Assembly (NCBI GenBank): GCA_964016885.1
Contig: OZ024743.1
Coordinates: forward strand, 235,290,001-235,354,000
Direction of reading: 5' to 3'
From: Eledone cirrhosa
Taxonomy: Eukaryota
Length of the DNA stretch: 64,000 nucleotides
Positions 40,801 to 52,271 of the stretch are shown here, one piece after another (positions within the stretch are counted from its first letter, which is position 1; every line of letters begins with the position of its first letter). Under the pieces are notes generated by a model that searched no databases, was not told the DNA's origin, and saw only the letters and a program-made list of their open reading frames with translations. The position numbers and the translations under genes are program-made.

Positions 40801-41850
40801 CTTTGTTTTTTCATCTTCACTCCACATAAGTGAGTGGTGACTTTAGCCGATGCATAATAGAGATGATTTAAATCAGTAATGTTTAGTTTGTTTGTGATGA
40901 TAATGTTTTTGAGAATTATGTTAGTCTTGTGTATTATCTTTTGGTTCTGTTTGGAGTTCTGGATCTTAGGGAGGGTGTCTCGTTGCCCCATGTCAGATTC
41001 TTTCATTTTCATCCATTCGATCATAATTTCATCCTTCAAGTTGGCAAGTTCATTCTCATTCATTTCTTTATCATTTACGATCTCATTATTTTCATTTGGA
41101 GTTTCATCCTGAGCATGCACTCCCTCCACTTTTTCGATCCTTTCTTTAATTTGTTCTGTTGCCAGTGATTCCGCCCCAACCCTGGGGTTCGAAGTGTTAC
41201 AGTTTACCTCGTTTTCACTGACACATGTTTCATTTTCCCTTCGCTGACTTTGTGCTAATAGCTTGATCTGATCAATTTCTATATCAGTTAGTAACTTTTT
41301 TCTTACAATATTTCTTCGTATATTGGCTAGTTTGTTACTGTCAATATAGCCTCTGTTTTCGGGATGTTTCTTTTTCCAGTTGATATATGTCTGTTCTGTA
41401 TTCGATGTATTTGATGGGTAGTACATGGCAGTGTAGAAAGCCTCAAGGACTTCTTTATTATCTTCCCTTGACCATTTTTCTCTCTTTTTCTTTGGATTTC
41501 TTGGTGGTGAGCATGGAGGGCCAACAGAAGGAGTATTCCGGTTATGGGAGGTCTCCAGCTCCGAAGTGATGGGAAGGTTTGAACCATTAGCTGATTTTTC
41601 GACCCCAGTCTGGTTCCTCTCTGAGGGACGCGGCCCTTTTTTACCCGGGTGACGGCCGATCCGGTATGAGATTTTATCATTAGGCATTTACTTTATTTTG
41701 TCGCGTTTTATCCTTATCCGCCAAGGGGTAATCATTTCGTGTTACCACTTCTAGAACGAGTGTCAACCAAGACTAGAGGGGTCATTCTCCCCTAGAGACA
41801 CGGCTATTCCCCGCCGGCCGCCATCCCGGTATTTCTTGGTCACGGGGTTT
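37809..41850 (-). mobile_element. R4/Dong-clade non-LTR retrotransposon (single ORF, RT plus restriction-like endonuclease), apparently full length
   Basis: (TAA)n tail at 37809-37854, 3' UTR with three ~21-bp repeats, long ORF, and a ~160-nt GC-rich 5' leader. Confidence 0.9.
38037..41687 (-). pseudogene. R4/Dong ORF (~1215 aa) with one in-frame TAG
   Basis: RT motifs [30 protein letters not shown] and YMDD. After the stop (TH*WLASS, same frame) come CRVC..H, RHD, RPDI..IDMSVP..K..KY. Confidence 0.9.
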
Positions 41851-41929
41851 TCTTTTTGTTGTTTTTTTTAAATTGTTATTATCATAAGTGGTTCCTTAAT
41901 GTGAGTATTGCGTGGCTTAAGAATGAAAT

Positions 41930-41985
41930 TATTAATAATTGTCTCCACTTCAGGCACAAGGCCAGCAATCACCCAGTGCATTACA
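41930..41985 (-). mobile_element. 3' tail fragment of the SINE family seen at 45416
   Basis: Reverse complement gtaatgcactgggtgattgctggccttgtgcctgaagtggagacaattatt matches 45558-45609. Confidence 0.6.
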
Positions 41986-42819
41986 ATAATATAATATACT
42001 TTTTGCTGTAGTTGCCTGTTATTGTTGTTGGCTATGTCGGTGGTGGTGCCGGGGCTTTTTATATTGTTGGTGAGGAAGGGGTGAGCCAGCAGTCCCATAG
42101 TTGTTGATGTTGACGTTTGGCCGGTGGCCAGGTCACTAAGTCAATCTATTTATATATTTTGCTAGCCTCTCCCTTGTCTACTGATACCGCCACCTTCCCC
42201 TTTCTCTCTCAAGTTAACAGGGGAATAGTGGTGGTAGCAATGAAGGAGTGGTGGCGGCGGCGATGGGATAGTGGTAGCAAGAAGATGGATGGGGTGGTAG
42301 CGGCGGTGGCTTTGTGGTTACTGGGTTTTGTGATATGTAGTATCTATGAGTTTGTGTTCGTATGTTTAATATATATTGTGTTGACATATTCCCGTAAAAT
42401 TGGAATTAAACATTTTGTTAAAATTTGAGACAATAATAATAGTAATTATTATTATCATGCCGGGATTGATGGTGGTGGTGGTGAACTTGCCGTTATCTGG
42501 CTGTTATATTTAGTGTGATGGGATAGGTGGTGTATCAACTTTCTGGTGTTGGTGAAATTGCTGTTATTTGGCTGTTCTATATAGTGTAGACAGAGGGTGT
42601 TTTCTTCCATTTATAACCATTTTCTTTTTTTGAATACAAAATATATAATACAAAATTGAATATTTGAGCGATATAACAATATAATATGGATCCGAAATTT
42701 TATGGGACTTCATTCGGTGGATTATGCAACACTTGTACTAAGAATTGTTATTCACAATTGATTTAAGTATGTTAAAAATCAAAAACTTACGGGAGCGATT
42801 TCATGACCTTCTACCACCT

Positions 42820-43253
42820 CGTGCGTCTTCTTAGCAAGCATGCCCTTTGAAGTGTTCCAAATTATTATTATTATTATTATTATTGTTCTTTGAGTCTCAG
42901 TCATTGATGTTATTTAACTGTAAAGTTTGTTGAAATGAATATCAAGCCGCTACCTGCAGCGTCAGACATTCAGGACGTATCGGAGGGTTCTTGCTGTTCC
43001 CAGCAAGCATGCCCTTTGAAGTGTTCCAAAAAGCGGGGCTGGACTAATCTTCTTTAACCATCCTTTGAAACTCTTTGAGATAGTACCTAGTGCGCCTATG
43101 ACAATGGGGACGACCTTGATTTCATGGCAGTTCCAAATCCTTTTTAACTCCCACTTTAAATCCTGGTATCAGTTAATTTTCTCCCTCTCCTTTTTTTGCA
43201 CTCTCGTGACAAATGGGCAGGCTACATCTACAATCAGGCACGATCTTTTTTCC
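42820..43253 (-). mobile_element. Two short 3'-end fragments of the second R4/Dong family
   Basis: 42861-43253 is tail plus 3' UTR plus RLE C-terminus, paralleling 43254-43650. A smaller piece at ~42830-42860 repeats agcaagcatgccctttgaagtgttccaa. Confidence 0.8.
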
Positions 43254-45375
43254 TTATTATTATTATTATTATTATTGTTGTTATTACTCTTTGAGTCTCA
43301 GTCATTGTTGTTAGTTAACTGGAAAGTTTGTTGAAATGAATATCAAGCCACTACCTGCAGCCTCAGATATTCAGGACGTATCGGAGGGTTCTTGCTGTTC
43401 CCAGCAAGCATGCCTTTTGAAGCGTTCCAAAAAGCGTGAAGGGGCCAATTTTCTTTAACCATCCCTGGAAACTTTTTGAGATAGTCCCAAGTGCGCCTAT
43501 GACAATCGGGATCACTTTGACTTCATGGCAGTTCCAAATCCTTTTTACCTCCCACTTTAAGTCCTGGTATCGGTTAATTTTCTCCCTCTCCTTCTCTTGC
43601 ACTCTCGTGTCGAATGGGCAGGCCACATCCACAATCAGGCACGATCTTTTTTCTTTGTCCACAACCACCAGGTCAGGTCTATTGTGTTCCAGTTTCTTGT
43701 CCCTCTGTATCCTAAAATCCCACAGCACCTTCACCTGATCGTTTTCTATCACCGCCTCTGGCTTATGCTCATACCACTTCTCAGAATGTGGTAAATTGTT
43801 TACTTTGCATAGGTGCCAGTGGATCACCCTGCCCATCACATCATGTCTCCAGCCCTTATAGTGAGTCTGGGCTAGGTGTTTACACTCGGATACAATGTGA
43901 GCCACAGTCTCCTCTCTCTCTCCACAGATCCTGCACAGTGGGCTAGCCTCCTCCTTGTAAATATGGTGTTTCAACCACTTCGTTTTGAGGGCCTGCTCCT
44001 GCGCAGCCATTAACATTGCTTCTGTAGCCTTTTTAAGGTCTCCTCTTTTCAACCAGTTCCATGTCTGTGGATCTCTAAATTCAGTTTTCTCAAACAAGGT
44101 ACTATGAAGGGATTTTTCCTGAAGGCTGCTCTTTCTCCTTGATGTTATTTCCTCCTTGGACATCCCCTGGCCTATTGTCCCCTCCTTCAGTACAGTTCTG
44201 AGCATTGGCTCCTTACTATCAGTCACGTATTTGTGTAGGTTGTTTTTCTCCATCTGAACACAGTCCTCTATGCTGATAAGACCTCTTCCACCCTCAGATC
44301 TCCTTAAGTAGAGTCTATCGACATCACTCCTCTTGTGGAACATATTGTAGATAGTCAATAGCTTCCTAGTCTTCCTATCCATTTTTGTTTGTTCAGCAAC
44401 ATTCCATCTCAGAATTCCCGCACTGTACCTAATAATAGACACAGCTCGGGAATTTACTGCACTTATGGCATTCCTACTGTTCAGATGTGACTTTAATACG
44501 CTCCTTACTCTCCGAATGTATTCAGTTCTTATCAATTCCTTCATTTTTTTGTTCTTGATGTCATCAGCCTCCAGAACGCCCAAATACTTGTATCCTTCTT
44601 CAGAGTCAATTTCCTTTATCATCTCACCCGTTGGTACCTGGATTCCGTTACTTCTGCTCAACTCACCCCTCTTCATCACAATGACTCCACACTTACTAAT
44701 ACCAAATTGCATACATATATCATTGGTGAAAATACGGACAGTGTCAACAAGCACATCCAACTCCTTCTCACTCTTCCCGAAGAGCTTAAGATCGTCCATG
44801 AAGAGGAGGTGATTGATGGTAAGCCCTCCCTTTCCCAACCTGTATCCTGCTCTCACTTTTCGCAGTACACTGGTCAGGGGCATCAGGGCAAGGACAAACA
44901 ACAGAGGGGACACACTATCTCCCTGGAAGATACCTCTCTTGATCTTCACGCTTCCCAAGGATTCTCCAGTTGATGTTAACTCTGTTTCCCAGGACTTCAT
45001 ACTTTTGCCCAACAACTGTCTGATGTTATCTGCCACCTTGAAGATCTCCAGGTTTTTGGTGATCCAAGAATGAGGCACCATGTCAAATGCCTTTTTGTAG
45101 TCTATCCATCCCATGGCAAGACCAGTGTGTCTCCTCTTGCAATTCCTCATTACCATCTTATCAATAAGTAACTGGTCCTTTGTACCACGTGACTTCTTTC
45201 GGCATCCTTTCTGTTCGTCCGGTAACAAGTTGTTTGTGTGGAGGTGATGGTAGATTTCCTCAGACATAATGCTTGTCAACAGTTTCCACATTACGGACAG
45301 ACATGTGATAGGTCTATAGATGGTAACATCATTATCCTTGATTCGGTCTTTCATTATCAGAACTGTGGTACCTCT
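43254..45375 (-). mobile_element. 5'-truncated R4/Dong-clade LINE, second family (open 663-aa RT-RLE frame 43363-45354)
   Basis: [45 protein letters not shown] and a (TAA)n tail. Confidence 0.9.
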
Positions 45376-45415
45376 ATATATATATATTATTATTATTATT
45401 AATATTAATAATCAA

Positions 45416-45620
45416 GGGCGGTGGATTGGCAGTATCGGTAGAGATTCGGACACCATGCTTTGACGCATTGAGATACGGCCCTTGCCATTCTGAGTTCTAA
45501 TCCCGCCGAGGTTAACTTTGCCTTTCATCCTTACGGGGTCGATAAAATAAAGTACCAGTAATGTACTGGATAATTGCTGGCCTTGTGTCAAATGTAGAAA
45601 CAATTATTATTATTATTAAT
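45416..45620 (+). mobile_element. tRNA-derived SINE with Nin-type central domain
   Basis: A-box-like TGGCAGTATCGG, B-box-like GAGTTCTAATCCC, central GCCTTTCATCCTTACGGGGTCGATAAAATAAAGTACCAG, and an (ATT)n tail. Confidence 0.75.
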
Positions 45621-45629
45621 ATATATATA

Positions 45630-45667
<38 letters not shown>

Positions 45668-45729
45668 ACGAGAAAACTATATATTTTCGACTGTTCTCAA
45701 GTCCAGCAGTCGCAAGCGTGGGAGGTATC

Positions 45730-45767
45730 ATCCTGACGAAGACTAATTAAGTCTGAAATGCATCGAC
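45730..45767 (+). ncRNA. Minimal hammerhead ribozyme core (stem I degenerate)
   Basis: CTGACGA-agact(aatta)agtct-GAA-ATGCAT-C, with a palindromic stem III. Confidence 0.5.
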
Positions 45768-46149
45768 TATTGTCCCCCTTGCTTCTGCTGGACACAACCA
45801 GAGGGCGTTAGCCCCGGTGTTTTTTGCATAGCTACAGCCTCCTAAATGTTTAAGGTATAAACATACCGTATTTCTTAAGAAATACGAAATTTCTATACAT
45901 ATCTATATATATATATATATATATATACAATTAAGTTAAAAATGTACATCCACATATGTATACTGAAATACTAGTATGCATATGAATACACACACGTATA
46001 CATATGTAGATGTACCGAGTTTTTCACTGGTCACTTTACTGTGAGTGTCCAGCTATTCTGTATGTAAACACACAGACAAACCGGTTTTTAGAGTCATACT
46101 GGTTTTTGAGGAAACACCTTTCCTCTATTCTCCAGAAAGCCAGACAAGG

Positions 46150-46194
46150 AATATTGAACTAGTTTCGATGTTGTTACATCTCATCAGCAACATT
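46150..46194 (-). ncRNA. Type-I minimal hammerhead ribozyme (element A, inverted copy)
   Basis: aatgttg-CTGATGA-gatgt(aaca)acatc-GAA-ACTAGT-T-caatatt on the minus strand. Confidence 0.8.
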
Positions 46195-46573
46195 TACCTA
46201 TCTTCCGGCCTTTCTAGAGAATCGTAAAAGCACATATCGTTATATGCTTTTTCTATGAAAATTAGTAGTGGGCAGACTAATTTGCATAGAGCGTGAGTAC
46301 GTACCGGTTCAACGGAGACGATAAAAACAAATAACGAAGCGAAATTAAATTTCGTTTCGTTTGTAACTCACCTTTGTATGACTGACGCTTAAACAATTAA
46401 GTTACAAACGAAACGAAATTTAATTTCGTTTCGTTATTTGTTTTTATCGTCTCCGTTGAACCGGTACGTACTTACACTCTATGCAAATTAGTCTGCCCAC
46501 TACTAATTTTCATAGAAAAAGCATATAACGATATGTGCTTTTACGATTCTCTAGAAAGGCCGGAAGATAGGTA

Positions 46574-46618
46574 AATATTGCTGATGAGATGTAACAACAT
46601 CGAAACTAGTTCAATATT
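46574..46618 (+). ncRNA. Type-I minimal hammerhead ribozyme (element A)
   Basis: aatattg-CTGATGA-gatgt(aaca)acatc-GAA-ACTAGT-T-caatatt: 7-bp stem I, 5-bp stem II, palindromic stem III, GUU site. Confidence 0.85.
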
Positions 46619-47039
46619 CCTTGTCTGGCTTTCTGGAGAATAGAGGAAAGGTGTTTCCTCAAAAACCAGTATGACTCTAAAAACCGGTTTGTCTGTGTGT
46701 TTACATACAGAATAGCTGGACACTCACAGTAAAGTGACCAGTGAAAAACTCGGTACATCTACATATGTATACGTGTGTGTATTCATATGCATACTAGTAT
46801 TTCAGTATACATATGTGGATGTACATTTTTAACTTAATTGTTTAAGCGTCAGTCATACAAAAGTGAGTTACAAACGAAACGAAATTTAATTTCGTTTCGT
46901 TATTTGTTTTTATCGTCTCCGTTGAACCGGTACGTACTCACGCTCTATGCAAATTAGTCTGCCCACTACTAATTTTCATAGAAAAAGCATATAACGATAT
47001 GTGCTTTTACGATTCTCTAGAAAGGCCGGAAGATAGGTA

Positions 47040-47084
47040 AATATTGCTGATGAGATGTAACAACATCGAAACTAGTTCAATATT
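47040..47084 (+). ncRNA. Type-I minimal hammerhead ribozyme (element A, second tandem copy)
   Basis: Identical to 46574-46618, offset by 466 bp. Confidence 0.85.
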
Positions 47085-47372
47085 CCTTGTCTGGCTTTCT
47101 GGAGAATAGAGGAAAGGTGTTTCCTCAAAAACCAGTATGACTCTAAAAACCGGTTTGTCTGTGTGTTTACATACAGAATAGCTGGACACTCACAGTAAAG
47201 TGACCAGTGAAAAACACGGTACATCTACATATGTATACGTGTGTGTATTCATATGCATACTAGTATTTCAGTATACATATGTGGATGTACATTTTTAACT
47301 TAATTGTTTAAGCGTCAGTCATACAAAAGTGAGTTACAAACGAAACGAAATTTAATTTCGTTTCGTTATTTG

Positions 47373-47411
<39 letters not shown>

Positions 47412-47414
<3 letters not shown>

Positions 47415-47612
47415 ACGAAGGAAGTATGGTAAGATACCAGGTGAACCATAACACACCAGAGTACTCGATACTTTGGTAGTAAAGTGGATAATAGGAAAAT
47501 GTTCAAGACCCCGACGGCAGAGCTCAAGCCTTTCGACGGCTATTTCTGGACTGAAATAGCCGTCGAAACGGCTTGAGCTCTGTCGTCGGGGTCTTGAACA
47601 TTTCCCTATATT
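47412..47612. mobile_element. Fold-back copy of dispersed element D (other copies at 58522-58660 and ~61800-61992)
   Basis: ~56-bp inverted arms around tggact at ~47547-47552. Abuts (TA)n at ataacgaagg. Confidence 0.65.
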
Positions 47613-48239
47613 TATAATTTAAAATTCAGTAAGATCAAGGATTGTTATTTATTTATCTACGAACGTTTCAATGCAGCCAGAATATTTCACCAAAAGTGGA
47701 GAAAAACCGAACATTCTCAGTTAATTAACTCCACAATAAATGATTTACTTCAGGCCGTATCTCTTCAGGAAATACAATAAAACAATAATTTGTTTAACAT
47801 CAAAAGGCAAAAACACAAGAATTACACAAGATTTATATTCCATAAACAGAAAACCACAGTGTGTATTTTAGAATGTTTCCATTAAATCCTGACTAGAAAA
47901 TAATAGATAAATATCTACACATACTTTGGGGGGTTTATATATCTTTAAAAAATTCTTTTTATAAAATTATTACAATAATAATTCACTTGTAGTATGAGAA
48001 TCTTGTACGAATTATGCTATAAACATTGGTACATCTTTCAGATATTTACGATATAAAAATTGGAAATAAGCACTGAAATGTTATTTTACAACAATTTTTG
48101 GTATAACTAATTGACAACTACAATGTGTTTTAACATATGAATAATACACTTAACCTTTTATTTTGTATGTCCACAAACATACGATCTTGATTATTCGATT
48201 AAAACAGATAGAAAATCCTATAACCAAAACACCAAGAGC

Positions 48240-49480
48240 TATAAATATATACAGCATACAGAAAACAGCATTGCCAGACATATAAATATATACAGCATAC
48301 AGAAAACAGCATTGCCAGACATATAAATATATACAGCATAGAGAAAACAGTATTACCAGACATATAAATATATACAGCATACAGAAAACAGTATTACCTG
48401 ACATATAAAGATATACAGCATACAGTAAACAATGTTACCAGACATGAATAAATACAGCTTACAGTAAACAGTGTTACCAGACATATAAATATATACAGCA
48501 TACAGTGTTACCAGACATATAAATATATACAGCATACAGAAAACAGCATTACCAGACATAAATATATACAGTTTACAGTAAACAGTATTACCAGACATAA
48601 ATATATATACAGCTTACAGTAAACAGTGTTACCAGACATATAAATATATACAGCTTACAGTAAACAGTGTTACCAGACATATAAATATATACAGCATATA
48701 GTAAACAGTGTTAACAGACATATAAATATATACAGCTTACAGAAAACAGTATTACCAGACATATAAATATATACAGCTTACAGTTAACAGTGTTACCAGA
48801 CATATAAATATATACAGCATACAGTAAACAGTATTACCAGACATATAAAGATATACAGCATACAGAAAACTGTTACCAGACATAAATATATACAGCTTAC
48901 AGTAAACAGTGTTACCAGACATATAAATATATACAGCTTACAGTAAACAGTATTACCAGACATATACATATATACAGCTTACAGTAAACAGTGTTACCAG
49001 ACATAAATATATACAGCATACAGTAAACAGTATTACCAGACATATAATTATATACAGCTTACAGTAAACAGTATTACCAGACATATACATATATACAGCT
49101 TACAGTAAACAGTGTTACCAGACATATAAATATATACAGCTTACAGTAAACAGTATTACCAGACATATACATATATACAGCTTACAGTAAACAGTGTTAC
49201 CAGACATAAATATATACAGCATACAGTAAACAGTATTACCAGACATATAATTATATACAGCTTACAGTAAACAGTATTACTAGATAAATAAACATATATA
49301 GCATACAGAAAACTGCATTACCAGCTAGTTAAATATATAGAGCATACAGAAAACAGCATTACCAGATAGATAAATATATACAACTTACAGAAAACAGCAT
49401 TACCAGATAGATAGATATATACAGCTTACAGTAAACAGTGTTACCAGACATATAAAGATATACAACATACAGTAAACAGT
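48240..49480. repeat. 41-bp (39-41) minisatellite, about 30 copies
   Basis: Consensus atatatacagcttacagtaaacagtgttaccagacatataa. Confidence 0.93.
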
Positions 49481-50411
49481 ATAACGAATCATTCTCTCAA
49501 TACACCAAAACCAACCATACACATAGCCAAGACACAGAGAGCTGTGCCCGATAATACCGTGTTAGCACACATTAAAAATATAGTCTAATAATAATAACAA
49601 CAACAGCAACAACTACAACAACAACTACAACGACGAGCATGGAGATAACTGCAACAGCAACAGCAGTAAAATGAATCCAATTCGATTAAAATAATATTTT
49701 CATTATTTAAAAAAAGTTAGCTCTTCTTGGCAATAATCCGTTTGTGTCGCAGTGAGGTTAACAAAAGCTGCAAGGTCGGCCATTAAAAATTGATTTTGCA
49801 AGATTATATGGTGGCCTATATGTGCTAAAACATTCTCGAAAGATAACCAAGTTCTCTTTAGTTCCCCCCCCCCTCTCTCTCTCTCTCTCTCTATTTATAT
49901 ATATATGTAACCCATGTGCAACCACGCAGCACTCCATTTTTCTTTTATTTATATTTTTTTCCTCAGCTGCGATTGTCTGTTTCTTTCTTACTGCTTCCCC
50001 TCTCTCTGTATCTCTCACCTTCTTTTTACCCCCTCTGCCTATCACACTCTCTCTCGGCTGGCCTCTTCCTCACACTTCCACTCACTCACTCTCTGCTTCT
50101 CCCCCTCTCTCACTTCCTCCCGTTTGACCTGTGTGAAACCCTTTTCTCGCTCACATCTCACCCATGTCGGATGGTCTGTATCTCTCTGTATCACCAAGCT
50201 TAAGCTTATAGACATCATGTACTTGTCTCTTCCTATCTTTCCGTTGCAATACCATCTTTGTTTGTTTACATGTCTCGCTCGCTTCACACGCTATTTTACT
50301 TGTCCCAATAACTTTATTTAGTTATTGCTCGAGCCAACCAGAGGTGTCTGATTTTTAAAGCGATGAAATACCAATGAAAGTTGGAAGATCACTGATGAAG
50401 GACTAATTTTA

Positions 50412-50414
<3 letters not shown>

Positions 50415-50493
<79 letters not shown>

Positions 50494-50558
50494 CTGTCTT
50501 TTTACATTCAGACACTTATTATCTTCATCTTGTACGCACACACACTTTCTCTCTACCC

Positions 50559-50629
<71 letters not shown>

Positions 50630-51035
50630 TTTCTCTCTACCCTCTCTCTCTCTCTCTCTCAAACACACACACACTTTCTCTCTCTCTCCCACTCTACCCC
50701 TCGCTCTCTTTCTCTCTCACACACACACACCCACTCAACCACACTATCTACCTTTTGTATACACCCACATAATCTCTCTCTCCCCCTCTCTCTCTCTCCC
50801 AACTCTATGCAAACTCTTAATCTCTCACTTTCGGTCTCTTCTCCATCGTCTCTCTCTCTCTCTCTCCTCAGTCTCTCTCTCCCTACCCCAGGCACACTCA
50901 TAATCTCTCCCCCTCGGCCACTTCTATCTACCGCTCTTCTTTCTCTTTCCCTCCCTCTCTCTAACATTTCTCTCTTTTTATCCTTCTCCTTTGTCTCCCT
51001 CCTTCACACTCTCTCTCTCTCTCACACACTATCTC

Positions 51036-51067
<32 letters not shown>

Positions 51068-51378
51068 TCTCTCTCACTCTCTCTCTCTGACTTTTTCTCT
51101 CCCCCTCTCCATTTATCTCTCCCTCTCACTCTCTCGACTCTCTTTCTCCCCTATCTCTCCCTCTTTTGACCCCTCCCTCTCCCCCCCTCTCTATCTCTCT
51201 CCCTCTCTCTATCTCTCTATCGCCCCTCTCCTTCTCTATCTCCCTCCCACTCCTTCTCTCATTACTAAACTACAGTAACTCCCATCACCAAATTACACCT
51301 TTGCCTGATTAATCATGAAAGTGTAATTTCAGTGAAACTAATAACAGTACAACACACCTCCATCCCCACCACGATCCT

Positions 51379-51440
<62 letters not shown>
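50415..51440. repeat. (TA)n, (CT)n and (CA)n microsatellite/low-complexity region
   Basis: Simple repeats read directly. Confidence 0.9.
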
Positions 51441-51442
<2 letters not shown>

Positions 51443-51744
51443 CATCACTGTCACACTCACACAACCCACATCTACATGACAACATTGTCTCTACCAAACT
51501 GTCGTCACTATGTCACCATCTGAAGATGGTAACGTGATAGTGGAACTAACAGAGCTTTGTACTACCACTATTCTTATTACATCAAATCTGTGATAGATCT
51601 TCCATCGTTTTCGACGATGAGCATTCAATCGTTCAGTCAGCTGCATGTCAGGTTAACGTGTAAACGGTTATGTATCCCACAGGTGTGTGTGTGTGTGGGG
51701 GGGGGGGTGACTACTCTGTCCCTAAGACACTCTCAGGATTAATG

Positions 51745-51846
51745 GGAAGAGGAGGAGAAGAAGAAGGAGGAGGAGGAGGAGAAGAAGAAGAAGAAGAAGA
51801 AGAAGAAGAAGAAGAAGAAGAAGAAGAAGAAGAAGAAGAAGAAGAA
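51745..51846. repeat. (GGA)n/(GAA)n microsatellite
   Basis: Simple repeats read directly. Confidence 0.9.
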
Positions 51847-51990
51847 ATACGTTTCTTTATTTAATCAATAAATGGTGCCAAGTTACCAATGAGAAACCTT
51901 AATTGTGTGCCTCTTGTCAATGTTGGGTGGTATTTGAGACAGACACACCCTCACTTTATGTTTTATTTCCATGGCTGTTATATATGAACT

Positions 51991-52219
51991 TTAACTCTTT
52001 ACCATTTACATTACTCAATATTTACTATTGTATTTTTCTGGTAAAGGCTTTATCTCACACAATTATCTCATATAATATTGAATCTATGAGATTTTGATAT
52101 TATTTATTTTAAGAATAATATCTTAACATTAGTATGTGTGGCTGCTTACAGCCAGTTTGAACAGAAAGAGGTGAGAGAATTCTGGCCGGATATGGCCGTT
52201 TTATATGCTGAAGGGTTAA
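51991..52219. mobile_element. Degenerate piggyBac-type MITE
   Basis: TTAA at both ends (51991-94 and 52216-19). Imperfect TIRs ctctttaccattta versus cccttcagcatata (reverse complement of the right end), 10/14 identical. Confidence 0.5.
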
Positions 52220-52271
52220 TGAGAGTTTCAATAGAGAATATTTACATCTTGTAATAGAATCTCGTTCTTTA

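Larger units (their letters stand above)
45927..47379. mobile_element. Penelope pLTR/retrozyme-like element A: 466-bp unit, one inverted copy plus 2.1 tandem copies, in (TA)n
   Basis: The minus arm spans 45927-46404 and the plus arm 46401-47379. Period is 466 bp, with one hammerhead per unit. Confidence 0.8.

Noticed and set aside
46045-47189. Three identical 60-aa ORFs as a small gene family
   Set aside because: They start at GTG, lie antisense to the hammerhead and simply reflect the repeat unit.
51520-51552. CTGAAGATGG.. possible hammerhead
   Set aside because: No GAAA and no convincing stem II; at best heavily decayed.
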